From Squalus acanthias (lineage: Eukaryota): DNA of 64,000 nt. A model generated the notes under the pieces. That model was given only the letters and a program-made list of their open reading frames with translations. It made no database searches and was not told the origin of the DNA. The stretch is from assembly GCA_030390025.1 (NCBI GenBank), contig CM059433.1:12216001-12280000 (forward strand), read 5' to 3'. The translations under genes and the position numbers were made by a program. This document shows, piece by piece, positions 1-13,070 of the stretch. Every line of letters begins with the position of its first letter. Position 1 is the stretch's first letter.

Positions 1-90
1 AGCTGTTTGCATTTGAGAGTGCAACGAATGATATTTTCTCTACATTTATTAAAAGATTTTTTGACGGTCGATTTTTATTTTGTTGCTTAG

Positions 91-247
91 CTTCAGACAG
101 TAAAGTCCTGACGTGTGCTGCTGTGTGGCGTATGCCGAAGGAATTGGAATCAGGCAGTCATGAATCTCCTGATGATTCATCAAGCAACCCACAGACCCTG
201 GAGCTGCTTTGTCACCTTGACAACACAGCTCATGGCAACATGTCCTG
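91..247 (+). CDS. EIPR1: EIPR1/TSSC1 internal coding exon; upstream exons lie outside the window
   Basis: AG at 89-90 and GT at 248-249. Translates (T)[51 protein letters not shown](C), matching my recollection of vertebrate EIPR1. Phase is compatible with the next exon. Confidence 0.93.
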
Positions 248-1149
248 GTAGGTCGCTCAGTATTGATTTAAAAGATTTCAAATGCATCTTTCAGGATGGA
301 ACTATGCAAAACGTTTGCCTGTTTAATTGTTGCATCTAAACAATAAAAATCCTGTAGAAAAAGGAGAAATATTCACTGTAGAATAAAATGCCAAAATTAA
401 TTTGTGTATGTCTTACACTAGTAAACAAAGAGTTTTTATTATATTCCAGGTAATTATCCATCAGTTTTCTGCTTAGTTTAACAAGTTATTGACTTTAATT
501 TATTCTAACATGTGGCTGATTAAGGTAATTGTTACTGGGGAATATGCACATCAAGATATGAAATAATGAGACTAAAATGTTTCCAAATAAATAACACAAT
601 AATTTGAGATCCTTGTCATTATACCCAAAATCTACTTATTTCATTAATAAATCTGCAGTAATTGTAACTGTTCAATGATTGTAATAATTAGCCAATGGAG
701 ATCTGCTTTGAATGTGTTATACGCTTTGTGTTGAGGCTTTAATCGGAAAGGAAAATTAATTGTCCAGTCATGTGGGTATGATGACATTTGTAATCAATTG
801 TATGTGTATGTATGTTTTTGTTATATATACACACACACAGTATATAGGGTGCATGTTTCACTGAAAACTTACTAACTACCTGCAGTACCCATTACTCCTA
901 TAGATGGTGCTGTAATAGGTATTTTCCATGTTGAAGGTCCATGCCTTTCTCTCACACATAGGGGGCTAAATTGGGCGGTGTAGTGCCCATTTTTAGGCGC
1001 TACGTGGCTACATCAGACTCGTGCACCTACAGACTGCCGGCAGCATGCAGAGCTGCGAGATGATCACGTGAATAAATGTGTAAAGCTGATTTGAAGCCAC
1101 CGCTGCCACGCCGAGCGGGACAAGCTGCTAGAAGAGGGAGGAGGAGAAG

Positions 1150-2115
1150 GGCTCTCAGCAGGAGGCCATATCAGCTGAGGGCCTTCAGGGAGCAATTCTC
1201 TTACCTCAACTTCAGTGAGGCCCAAAGCTTGAGATGTCTTTGCTTCACAACTGCTGCAGCCACAAAGCAGGGTAAGGGCAGCATAGCCTGTGGCTGCAAT
1301 GTGTCCGCTCCTTTCAGGCTGTTGCTGGAGATATAAGCAATATTTTGCAGTGCACCGCTGCATAAGGGAGGTCACTGAGGCTCTCTATACACAGACAAAC
1401 AATTCCATCTCATTACCTCATGCCAGAGACAAGCAGGTGGAGTTGAGCACAAGGTTTTGCACGCAAGGCAGGCTTCCCCATGATGCAGGGTGCCGTTGAC
1501 GGCATGCACATTGCCTTGCGTGCGCCTCATGTGAACTCGACTATTTTCATGAATCGAAAGAAATTCCACTCCCTCAATATGCAGCTGGTGTGAGACCACC
1601 GGCAGCTCATTATGCAGGTGAATGCCCGTTATCCTGGCAGCAGTCACGATTCCTTCATTCTGTGCCAGTCCTCTGTTCCACCTGTATTTGAACCACCATG
1701 GCAAGTCAAAGGCTGGCTACTGGGCGACAAGGGTTATCTCCTCATGACATGGTTCATGACTCCAGTCAGGAACCCACGTACACGTGGACAGCAGGCCTAC
1801 AATAAGAGTAATGCTGCCAAAAGGAAGATTATAGAGCACACCATCGGCATCCTCAAGCAATGCTTCCACTGCCTGGACCGTTCTGGTGGAGCCCTGCAGT
1901 ACTCAGCTGAGCGGGTATCAAGGTTTCTGGTAGTAGGTCGCCTACTGCACAACCTGGCCATTATGGGGGAACAGCCCTTGCTGCCACCTATCAGGCAAGA
2001 AGTGGAAGAGGAGGAGAAAGTGGAGGAACAGGAAGAGGAAGGGAGGCTACGACGTAGACAGCCCTTTTCTGCCCGGGCTCTACATGATCAGATTATTCAT
2101 GAGCAATTCCAGTAA
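1150..2115 (+). pseudogene. Harbinger (HARBI1-like) DDE transposase with frameshifts and stops
   Basis: Motifs DGMHIAL, NRKKFHSLNMQLV, ARYPGSSHDSFIL, LLGDKGY, IEHTIGILK and LHN, plus an acidic tail, spread across several frames. The start is approximate. Confidence 0.85.
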
Positions 2116-2329
2116 CCTCAACCACACCTTCCCATTCACCAACAGTCCCATACTCCTTACCTTCCTTCAATCACTAACAATCACATGGTCCTCTTTCTGA
2201 CAACACAAAAATAAAAAGTATCTGAAAATGTAGATGCAAATCCAATTTTATAAATTCAATCATTAAATAATACATACAAAATTAAACTGATCACCCTTGT
2301 GCATTCCCTTAGTGCCTGTCTTCTGTGTG

Positions 2330-4035
2330 CCTTTGCCTATTCTAGTGCTCCTACGAGGTGCTTCCCCAGTGGCTGCAGCATGGGTGGTGGAAGGTTGCTG
2401 ACCTTCAGTTGAGGCGACTGCAGATCACCTTGGAGGATGACCTCGAGCAGCTCTGGGCCTAGAGGGCCCAGCTTCAGACTGCACCATCTCAGCTTGAGCT
2501 GCAGCAGTCTAGCTGGCTGGTTGACAGGCAGCACCAAGGGCACTGGCAGAGTGGCAGGGGTGGGAGCAGGGATGCTGTCATCCTGAGAGAGGACAGCAGG
2601 TTCATGTTCTATGGAGCCACTGCCGCGCTCCTGAGGCGGCGCCTCAGCAATCCTGCTGATCTGTTGGGCAACAGATTAATGGACTGCTATGACACCCTGG
2701 AAGCCTCTTTGAACAGTGGTATCCAGAGTCACAATGGCAGCAGTCTGAGCTTGCAAGGCAGCAGTTTGAGTTTCCACTGCAGCACTTATCTTTGATGGAA
2801 GCTGTTTGTGCTGCAATGGAAGCTGTGACACCGGCCATCAGATGCTGCAACATGGTGGGTTCCACAGGTGTGCTGATGGAGGTGACCGCCCATTACATGT
2901 TGGAAAGGATGGGCGCCAAGTTCCGTTCAAAGCCCTGTGCTGAGTTGGTGACAGACTCCTTCATGCTCCGTGACATTGAGCGCAGGCTTTCCGACAGACT
3001 TTCCAGTGCACCAAGCATTTGGTTGTGTACACTCATCAGGCTTCTTCTGTAGCCTGGCCCATCTAAGTCCTCCTTTATCCTAGCCTCTAAAATACACGCA
3101 GTGTCAGTCTCTGAGCTGGTGGCTGCGAGTGTGGCTGCGAGTGTAAGATTGAGGGACGGCGTCTCTTCACCTTCACTGTCTTCTACCTCTTCCTCCTGAC
3201 TGGGAAGGTTCCAGTTCTTGGGTATCTGAAATGAAAAAGGGACAAGGGTTGGGTTGTGGTGAGGGGAGAGGAGAAAGTAAGAAGTGCATGCTTACACCAT
3301 CTACAGCTTGTGAGTCAGAAGAGATTGTGGGATGAGGGAGAAGTGGGAAGAGAAGAGGAGGAGGATTAGGTATGCAGATACCCTGATCATTGATCCCTCC
3401 AGCCCACCAGTAGCCACGGCCTCAACGATGCCCCTTCCTATGATGGCCAGCATTGTCTCCTCTATGGGAGTTAAAACATGCAGGCAGGCTTGTCCTTCTC
3501 CAGTTCTTTGCTGCTGCCTGCTGTTATGTGCCACCTTCTCTTGCAAGAAAGAGGGAAGAGTGTCAGTAATTGTCCTACAATATGTTTGGGTGATATGGCT
3601 GTCATGGTTGAATAGCTGCCAGTGTGTGAATAGCTGCCAGTGTGTGTGCGTTGTGGATGCGAGGCTTGCAACAGTGCCAAGTGTGTGCGGGTGAGGTAAA
3701 CCCGATGAGTTGAAGGGTTGAGTACTGATTGTTGGTAGGTGGATTGAACAGTGGATGAGGCTAGTGGTGCAGTTGGTAGGATGTGCTATTTGAAGATTGT
3801 ACTCACTCACCTTAATAACTTGTGTCAGATCGTTAAATTTCTTCCTGCACAGCACAGCATCCTTGTTCTTGGAGCAAAATTCCGAGCATTGACCTCCACT
3901 GCTACTTGTTCCCACTGCTTCCTGAGCTTATATCTAGAGGACCTCCTGCTCCCCATCTCGCCACATCTTGTGCCAAGACCTCCAGAGCATTGCCAGAAAA
4001 CCTTGGTGCACGCTCTCTCGCATGTTCAGCCACTC
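2330..4035 (-). pseudogene. Harbinger Myb/SANT DNA-binding partner gene, spliced and decayed
   Basis: Minus strand reads ERAPRF...WEQVA...CRKKFNDLTQVIK|gtgagt, then ag|EKVAHN...LTPIEE. Boundaries are approximate. Confidence 0.7.
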
Positions 4036-6600
4036 TTCAGAGTATCACAGCACAGATTCACTTTTCAAATGACTCCCACCACTTGTTGCAGCCACAATGC
4101 ATCTCCCCTTTGAGAGGTACAGGCTGCCTTTAAGTAGCTCGGGTCCCCTGCTGATGCGTGCAGCCAATGCATGTAAAGCAGCTGGCAGCAGCAATTTAAC
4201 GTGCTGCCTGCAACGCAACGAATGGGCGCGGGTTAATCGTGTACCGCGATTCCCGCACCCGTTTTCAGGTCTTGTGCAATTTAACCCCCAATAGCTGCTA
4301 TTTTATAGTGAAAGTATATTTCCTTGTGATTGCAAAATCTGGCCACCTGGCTCCCACGAATCATTTTGAAGGTTTTCTTAAAAAAAAAATCCACTTTTTT
4401 TTTCTCAGTCACCTGAACTTTCTAATGCACAAGATAACTATTGTAAAATATGAAATTTTTGATTTTTTTTTAAATAACCTGATTACATTTACCCACTGAA
4501 TTATATTTTTTGTCTTCAATGCCTTCATTAAAGTTCTTACCTGAAGTCCTCACCCTCTCTCAAAAGCCTGAGCTTGGATTTATATATTTGTGTGAGCTAA
4601 ATTTGGAATGTGCAGTCTGATCATGTGCAGTGTGCCTAATTTCACAGGCCTCAGCTGTACTGATGGAATATTTTAGTCGTTTCTGCTCAAAATTACTTTT
4701 AGAAAAACTAGAGGACCAATTTCAAAATCTTTATTCCGGTAAAATTTGTATTCGGCTATTTTTTTAAAACAAAGACTATGTTTTATATATAATGTGTATA
4801 TATTTTTTATATATAATGTGAAAAAGATAGACCACTGATTACACAGTTGTAACTTTACTTTTGTGTTTAAATTTCTGAAAGTGCATTAAGGTCAGAGAGA
4901 CAGTATTTTTCTTCATTGTAATTGAATTTAGTTTTCAAACAAGCAACCTCTAATTATCTCATCTGATTATTGCTTATGTTAACAGTTTAAAAAATGTAAA
5001 CATTCTCATTACTAACAACAATCAGATATAGAAACCGAAAGTGAGCGACACACACACATTCTTCATTTAATGTTTTCTTTGAATAAAAAGCAAGCAAATT
5101 GAGTTTTGAAAGCTCTAGATTACAACCAGTGTTTTGTTGATGGTGTGTAATTAGAATGTTTACATTGCCTTATAGGTGTGAGAGAGACAGATAGAGAGAT
5201 ACACATTCAGGAACCAATCACAAAACAGCAAATTCAGTCTTTACAGGGATCCCTTAAAAAGTCACAAACATTGCTGCTAAACATGGGATCCAGGACCCCC
5301 ACTCCAGTTCTAACAAGCCCCAGGACCATTTCCCAGTTCTACCAAAACGCAGGACTGCTCCCAATTGTAGCTAAACTCCATTTCCCATCCCCAGCACTGC
5401 TAAATACCAGATATCAACCTCCAGTTACTGCATCTTACATAACATGTTGTTCTGTATTCTTAACTTGAAAATTGTAAGGGATAAAAATTAAATACATAGG
5501 TTTATGTATATTGCTTTACCTACCGAATAATCTTAAAAACCCCCCACTTATTTACAGTTTTCACAGAATAATAGACAGAGTTATGAAATTCAGTTCCTGA
5601 AGCACCAATAAAAATCTCAGAATACATTTTTAAAAGATTAGAATTTGACTTATTTAGTCACTGATATTATCCCCTACATTGAATAAACAGCCCCAACATA
5701 AAACAGTGACTCCTCTGACTCGCTGTGAGCACCACTACGGAAAATCTACTCATATAATCTTTTTTAAAAAAAAGTAAAGCAGTAATTTTATGGTAAGCCT
5801 AGATTCCCAAATCACAGCTTGAGTCCTCATAAATGCATACTCAGTTGCCCAGCATTTCTATCTTTCTATTAGGATTCTATACTCTCTTCTGGATTTTTAA
5901 ATTCTTGGATTGAATGTGAATGGTCCTTAGGAAATTTTTAAGTGCATCATAATTGTGCTTCAATTAAAATGGGTTTATCAGGGTTTAACCTATTGGGCAT
6001 TTGGTCTCAGAAGAAGTTGTGTTCATTTCAAATAATAAGCTCACAGTTACAGGGGCAGTGAGTTTGAACTTAGTCAAAAGTATCAACCAGATTTTTAAAA
6101 AATCTTAGTTGAAGTGAAGCTTTGTAATGTGTTGAATCATGTTAATATTCATGTCCTATGTTCCTATGTCACCATTGCTCTTTCCATGACTTGTACCAGT
6201 TCTGATGATCTGATATGCCCTCGATGCTAGCAAAACAGAATAATTGTCTTTATCTCCTTTTTACCTCTGTCTTTTTGGCCTCTTCCTCCCACCCACTTTT
6301 CACAAAGCTTAGAGGGTAGAGACCCCGTACCAAAATTCTGTAATAGACATCCAGGAAGTGCATGAGAATGTACTGGGGTAAATTTACCCTCCAAATTTGT
6401 CTTTTCTAATTGAGAAGTGCAAAGCTTCCATGCGCCAATGTTTGCCTGGTGCCCCAGTTCAAGACTTGGGACTCACTGTCTGGAGAACTGGGACATCGCA
6501 CCGTGCCTTACCCTTGTAATGCAGCAAATTAATAGACAACAGGACTGAACTGCTAAGGAGAATTCCCTTTTCTACACTTCCACCCAGTCTTTTACTCATT

Positions 6601-8265
6601 AGCCGCGATTTTGCTGACCTCGGCAGGTCCGTGGCGGGTCCCGACCCCGCTGCGTGACATGAATTTCCCTTGATTGGGCTTGTTAAGCCCGGCCAGCGCG
6701 TTTCCCGGCCAATTAGAGGAAGCGGGTCTGGTGACGTCATTTCATGACACGTCATCAACCGGTTTCTTTAAAGGGACCATGGCCAAATTTATTTTGACAT
6801 TTATGCTGTCACTGTTCTACAGCATTGAGCTGCTGCAAACACTGACAATGACTGCACACCAAGGCACTCCCATGACTTCCCTCCATATGCTTATAGAGGG
6901 AGTCACAGCACGCAGGGAGGTCCTCTTCCCTTCCCTTGGGCGGAAGAGACCTCCCCAGGAGATCAACACAGCTTGGTTGCACATTGCTGAGGAGGGCACC
7001 AGCAGGGATGTGGTCAGGAGGACCTGGGTGCAGTGCTGCAAACATTTCAATGATCTCAGTAGATCACAAAACATTAGTACAAAGCTACACTCAGCCTCAT
7101 CCTGCTGTGCCTCTCATCACATCCCCATCACTCTGCCTTCCCTACCCTACTCCTGCATATCCTTACACCAACTTACCTTGGACTTCCACCCATCCCTCTC
7201 CTATCTATATTATCACATCCCCATCTCACTAGCCACCCCTCACAGTTGCCCTCATCCTAGTGCAATCATACCAACTAACAACACACAAGGGAAAGCACTT
7301 GGGTGTTTTATGCAATGTTCATGTAAAGTTTCTGTTACTGTGGTGTCAAACATTGAAAGCTTTATTTTCAACACTTTGCGTTCTTAGGCAGATTTGTGTG
7401 CACCTTTGGAAGTGGCTCAGTGAGTTGCAGTAAATGGTGAGAAATAACGGCACCTCTGCAATGGTGATGAGTGTGAAAGGAATGGCTTGGGCATTGTAGG
7501 GATGCTTTATGGTGTTGGTATGGGGTGGTGCCAACCTGGCACATCATGTGGCAGCCAGGGTGTACAGCGTCAAGTGAAGTAAATCTGGCCATGGTGAGGC
7601 CATCCCTGGCTTCCCGGGCAGCAATGTGGTCGGGTGCTGATGCCCTGCGTCTGTGCAGCATCAGTTGATTATGGAGAAAGTTGGTGGTGTTGTTTGTGCT
7701 GCTGGTGTTGGGGCTGATAGTGGTGGGACCAAGGTGAGAGAGTATAAAGGGCACCCATGCTGATGGAGTAGATGGCAGGTGAAGTAGAGATGACAGAAGT
7801 GATCTGTCAATGGTGAGAGAGTAATGAGGTCAGACTGGATGGAGATTTGCGTAGAGACTTGCAGCATGATGAATCTGTTGTAGAAATGCAGTGAGGAAGA
7901 GCTTGTGGCTGAGGGAAGATATCTCTGTAAGGTGGGAGCTTTTACTTTACATTTGAAGCTGTCAACTCAACAGCTGATTCACTGGCCACTGAACTCCCAC
8001 CTCAGCTTGACCGACGTGGTTCACGACCAGTGTGGACCCTGTGGGCGAGCAGTCAAATGCAAAAAGTAAGCTGAAAATCATTCTTAAGTGGCTGTAAACA
8101 AGCCACTAATTACATGAATTGGGTCGCCCACCGCTGCCTTTCGGGTCTGCTCACCGCTGACGGATGGCGGGTTGACAGTGGGTTCCTGACCCGCTATCAA
8201 AAATATCAAATTTCCCACCCGACCCGACACCAATTCCGCCCGCTGACCCCCGGAAAATTCCGGCC
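6601..8265. mobile_element. Internally deleted Harbinger element with a Myb/SANT fragment
   Basis: Degenerate TIRs AGCCGCGATTTTGC and GGAAAATTCCGGCC; 3-bp ATT on both flanks (6598-6600, 8266-8268); + strand LIEGVTARREVLFP...WLHIAEE...RRTWVQCCKHFNDL at about 6880-7060. Confidence 0.75.
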
Positions 8266-8386
8266 ATTGATATTCCAGTCTTGCAGGACAAAGGTTATTA
8301 TTGCAGTGTGCTGTAAAACTGCATTGGTGAACCGTACTTGTAAATTCATTTTGTTAAGATAGTTATTGATGAATTTTGCCCTGCAG

Positions 8387-8486
8387 TGTATTATGGGAGC
8401 CAATGGGAGATGGCAAAAAAGTAGCAACGCTGGCGGATAATCATGTTCTTCTTTGGGATTTACAAGAAAGCTCAAGCAAGGCAGTG
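8387..8486 (+). CDS. EIPR1: EIPR1 coding exon
   Basis: ctgcag|T...GTG|gtaagt; encodes [33 protein letters not shown]; phase 2 in, phase 0 out. Confidence 0.95.
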
Positions 8487-8765
8487 GTAAGTAATTTTAC
8501 AGTTTATCTTTATGATAAATATGTCTGCCTGCACTTTCTGTCAGTTTTTTTTCCGTAGAAATTCCTTTTCCACTTTTCTGCTGGAAACGGCCTTTGTAAG
8601 CTTCTCGCACAGTAATTACACCTTTCTGCCAGTGGATATGCTGTAGTGCCACCACTGCCAATAAGATGTTATTATAGTATGACAAATTTACAGTGGCGGT
8701 TTCCATTATAAATGTAGACATAGGAAATTATACAATGCAAATACAAAAATAAGGACAGAATGTAT

Positions 8766-9836
8766 GGAGGTTAAATTGGGCTATGTACAGGTCGTTTTTC
8801 AGGCAGTATGTGGCCTCCTAAGGCTCCAAAAAGGCTAGCACGAAGCGAGCACACACTTCCGACCGGAAGTGCGTACCCCACCATATTGGGTAAGGACAAG
8901 AGGCGTCCTATACCCATGCCTGAAGCAGGCGTTATGCAAATGCAAATAAGGAGCCTAATGCCTGCTTCAGGTCTCTGCTGGCCGCCTTGGAGAAAACCAA
9001 CCCTAAACATCGTATAAGTAAAAAAAAAAGCTAAGTACTTCCCATAATTATTCCCAGTCCCGAGATCCCTCCCATACAGGCCCTGGCCCCGAACCTCCGA
9101 TCTATCTCACCTCAGCCCCAACCTCCAGGCCCCCCGATCCCCCTTCCGCAACCTCCAGGTCCCCCTACCATCGATCCCTTCCCGCCCCGACTCTTGAGGC
9201 CTTCTTTGAGGCCCTGATCCTCCCCCACCCCCGACTCTTGATTTCAGTCTCCACAGCACACCTGATTTGCCCCCCCATCTTCTCTACCCTCGCAATCCAT
9301 ATCGGACCACTTACCTATGAGGTCTCCTATTGCAACGCCATCTTCATTATGATGAGGTCCGAGGCCCAATATCTGGGCTCCTCAGACCTCACCATTTGTG
9401 CGCGGGTAGTTCAGAGGCCAGAGAGGTTGAGAAGCAGCGGTGATCTGGAGTGGTGGGGGGTGGTAGGGGAAAGCGCAGAGCAGCGGTGGCCCATGTTCTT
9501 TAAATATGGTGTAAGGAGGAGCACTCCTGCTCCTCTTGGATCCATATTCAGGTAAATATATTTCAAAAACTTACCTTGTAGTTGCAGGTCTGGTTTTCCA
9601 TTGCTGCCTAACTCGGGGCAAACCAATCTTATACTGGGGGCCTCAAACAGGCATTAGGTCCCTTATTTGCATCTACAATGGGCCTAACGCATGTCCCAAA
9701 ATTTTTGTTTCCCAATATTGCAGGTGGCTCACTTCTGGCCGGAAATGTGCGCGTGCTTCCTGCCCACCATATTGAGGGCTTAGTAGGCTAGTTAATTCCA
9801 GAAAAATGGGCACTGTACAACTGAAATTATAGGCCC
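8766..9836. mobile_element. Non-autonomous Harbinger-type element
   Basis: Termini GGAGGTTAAATT and AATTATAGGCCC resemble other Harbinger TIRs here; subterminal inverted similarities; no coding capacity. Confidence 0.5.
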
Positions 9837-10349
9837 TTAACTTTTCTTATTAATTCATATGTCTATATTTATAATGGAAATTGCCTATGTAAACTTGTTA
9901 TGTTATAATTATAAATACAAAATGTATATCCTTTTAGTCTAGCTATTATGGTCAGAAAAAATACTTATCTAGTGACATTTTTGTGAAGCTATTTGTTAAG
10001 GTCGACAGGCAAAGCAGCTATATTCTCATGTAATATTGATGTGTTTTCACAGCACACTCAAACACTCTCCCAAATTAGAATTAATTTTATTACAGTGAGT
10101 ATCCTTTAGCTGGTGGAATCCCTCTCAGATCTATCCAAGAAAAAAAGTTAATGTTCTCCCTAAGTCTACCACAGGTTAGTCTATGAATCTTGTCCAAATT
10201 TATCCGTCCTGTTCAAATTTATTAATCTATCCACCAAGTGGCCCAAAATGTTGTTTGCTATCCTTAACACAATATGGAGAGATCTAAACTTTCCTACAAA
10301 CCTTAACAGTAGCTGTGTCAGTAACTCATAATTACTTATCCTGATTTCA

Positions 10350-10836
10350 GAATCATAGAATCTCACAGCACAGAAGGAGGCCATTCGGCCCATCGTGCTT
10401 GTGCTGGCTCTTTGAAAAAGCTATACAATTAGTCCCACTCCCCTGCTCTTTCTCCATCGCCCTATAATTTTTTTCCTTTTCAAGTATTTATCCAGTTCCC
10501 TTTTGAAAGTTATTATTGAATCTGTTTCCATCAACCTTTTCAGGCAGTGCATTCCAGATCATCATAACTTGCTGTGTAAAAAAAAAAAAAAATTCTCAGC
10601 TGCCCTCTGTTTTTTTTGCCAATTACCTTGAATCTGTCCTCTGGTTAATGACCCTTCTGCCATTGGAAACAGTTTCTTCCTTGTACTCTATCAAAACCTC
10701 TCTCAATTTTGAACACCTCTATAAAATCTCCCCATAATAGTCTCTGCTCTGAGGAGTGCAATCTAAGCTTCTCTCGTCTCTCCACATAACTGAAGTCCCT
10801 CATCACTGGTACCATTCTAGTAAATCTCTGCTGCAC
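10350..10836 (-). mobile_element. CR1 LINE 3' fragment
   Basis: Minus ORF QQRFTRMVP...RLLWGDFIEVFKI (CR1 ORF2 C-terminus) and an ATTCTATGATT-type tail. Confidence 0.85.
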
Positions 10837-11200
10837 CAGAATCTATTAATAAAATTGTTAAAATGCTGGAAGGATTTCTCACTGAAGGATTAAATATCAA
10901 GGTTCTCAAGATTCCTGATCATCTTTACTACATACTGGCCAACTTGCTTGGCAGTATTAGCAGTAAATCTGTGGTTGAGTTAGAACTTCACTGAAAGTGT
11001 ACAGCTACAAAAGTGAGGAGTTGGGAGTGGGAAAATGAAAAGCTGAAAAAAATAATACAAGGAGCAAAATAAATATAAAGTTTGTGGTGCTTTCCAGCAG
11101 ATGTAGATTTGTATAATACTTTAAAAGAAACTTAAACCTGTGGTTAAATGAGTCCAGCCTTGCATCACTCATCTTTCTCTCTCTTGCTGGGTTATTTTAG

Positions 11201-11411
11201 CCATGATGTGGAGATGCCGGTGTTGGACTGGGGTGGACAAATGTGAGAAGTCGCACAACACCAGGTTATAGTCCAACAGTTTTATTTGAAATCACAAGCT
11301 TTTGGAGCGGCTGCTCCTTCGACTTCACCTGATGAAGGAGCAGCGCTCCGAAAGCTTGTGATTTCAAATAAAACTGTTGGACTATAACCTGGTGTTGTGC
11401 GACTTCTCACA
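11201..11411. mobile_element. Short inverted-repeat element resembling a Penelope-like pseudo-LTR pair with a tail; empty copy of the Tx1 target
   Basis: Inverted arms of ~80 bp (11241-11320 and 11334-11412) plus a 40-bp tail; 13-bp direct repeat TGGGTTATTTTAG at 11188-11200 and 11412-11424; contains a hammerhead core. Confidence 0.8.
11325..11361 (+). ncRNA. Minimal type I hammerhead ribozyme motif of the Penelope type
   Basis: TCAC-CTGATGA-A-GGAGC-agc-GCTCC-GAAA-GC-TT-GTGA. Core CUGANGA and GAAA, 5-bp helix II, helix I TCAC/GTGA, and a palindromic AGCT in place of helix III. Confidence 0.65.
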
Positions 11412-12019
11412 TGGGTTATTTTAGGCTGCAGGAGCATGACAATAAAGATGATTGTTAATTCTGTACATATGAAGTCCATACAATTTTTTTTAAACCAATT
11501 TTACAAGCAAATAATGCCCAATTGTTGATGATTTAACAGTTTTTAACCAGTACAGAAAGTTGCTGATTTTGGCTGTATTTATGCATGCCGTTACTTACAG
11601 AGCATTGCAGTTAGGTAACGACATCGTAAAATCATTTTAATGAATTGTAACCAGCATAGTATCATGGTCAAGAATGGGAACGAGGGTCATAAATAACTTA
11701 ATTGGATTCAGGAGCTTCACAAAATATCAGCATAATGATTGTGGAGTCTGTGAAGTAAATTGATATGCTGTTGTACCTGTTTTATACCACCATAGAATTA
11801 TATTTGCATAATACATTGAGAGTTTATAGTGGTAGCAGTAGGGGCAGCGACAATAAAATGCTGCTTGCTGTGAATCCTGGTAAAAGCCTGATAACTTAAA
11901 TGTTTTTGCAACATAAGACCCTGGGCCAGTATGCAGACAAAATGTTTTTCACTCCTGTTATTTGTTAGGACTGAACACATCAAAGACTGAAACTTTTGTG
12001 TGTTGAGGATTGTCATAAT

Positions 12020-12792
12020 GGCCTAGAAATTAGGGTGGCCGGCTTGCCGCGGGGGTAAGGATTGCGCGCGCTCTTACCCACCGCGCCTGCCATTGTGTTT
12101 CGGGCCCACAGGAACTTCGGGTCCTGGGCCTCTCCCTAGTGCCGGCGCGCAGTGCTTGCGTGTTCCAGGGGCGCAGTTAGTGCGATGCGACCCATGGGAT
12201 CACGTGGGCCATGGAGAGCCAATGGCAGCAGACCATCTTTCATTCATAGATTTGACAGGAGACCTGTCAAATCTGTGAATTGAAATCGGCCCCAAAAGAA
12301 CAGCTAAACCTCAAATAATTTTTTTTTAAAAACCCATCACATTAATAAAATAACTATAGTTAAATAAATTAACCACTTTAAACAAATTTTAATTTTTGAA
12401 AAAATTCAAATACTTTTTAAAAGTTATAAAAATAAACTTACCTTTCTTTAAAATCTCTAAAAAAAAAGGTAAACCTGTTGAAAAAAATTTAAAATTATAC
12501 TTAATTAACTACTTACCTTGTTCAAAAGGGGTCTTATGCCTCCTTTTTACTAGCGTAGAATTTTCAATACTTACCCTCGCGTTGAAACCTGAAAAAAAAC
12601 CTAAGTGTGCTGCGTGCGCGCAGCCTCTAGCGTGCACGCGGTTCACCTAGGAACCGCCCCCTTCGCCATACCGGAAGTGCAGGTTTCCCGCGCATGCAGC
12701 TTTCCCGCGCATGCAGGAAACCGGCACTTCGGGAATGAATACGGGTGAGTACACAGTCCATACTCACCCGAGAACGACCGAATTTTTGGGCC
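12020..12792. mobile_element. Harbinger-type MITE, family A copy 1
   Basis: TIRs GGCCTAGAAATT and AATTTTTGGGCC; 3-bp TSD AAT; homologous to 24870-25613. Confidence 0.8.
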
Positions 12793-12933
12793 AATGACCC
12801 TGTTGATGGGTTGGCAAGAAACACAGTGTAGAATTGTTGTTTATAGATTCCTAGATATTTAGTTAATTTACCTGGTTCTTGAATTGTCAGTCTTCCTCTT
12901 ACCGTTCCTATTTGTTGGTGTAATGTATTTTAG

Positions 12934-13070
12934 CTCTCAAATTCTGCAACCTTAGAAGGAAAAGGTCAGTTGAAGTTTACTTCTGGACGATGGAGTCCTC
13001 ACCACAACTGCACACAACTTGCCACAGCTAATGACACAGTTATTCGAGGCTGGGACACTAGGACCATGAG
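12934..13070 (+). CDS. EIPR1: EIPR1 coding exon, absent from the ORF track
   Basis: ttttag|CTC...AG|gtaagc; encodes [45 protein letters not shown], a WD40 repeat. Confidence 0.95.

Larger units (their letters stand above)
961..4289. mobile_element. Decayed full-length PIF/Harbinger DNA transposon with convergent transposase and Myb/SANT genes
   Basis: TIRs GGGGGCTAAATTG (961-973) and CAATTTAACCCCC (4277-4289), 12/13 match; encloses both Harbinger gene types. Confidence 0.85.

Noticed and set aside
115..339. 74-aa ORF in the track
   Set aside because: Wrong frame; the real exon is 91-247.
1612..2115. Host HARBI1 gene
   Set aside because: Frameshifts and stops, TIRs and a linked Myb gene indicate a decayed transposon.
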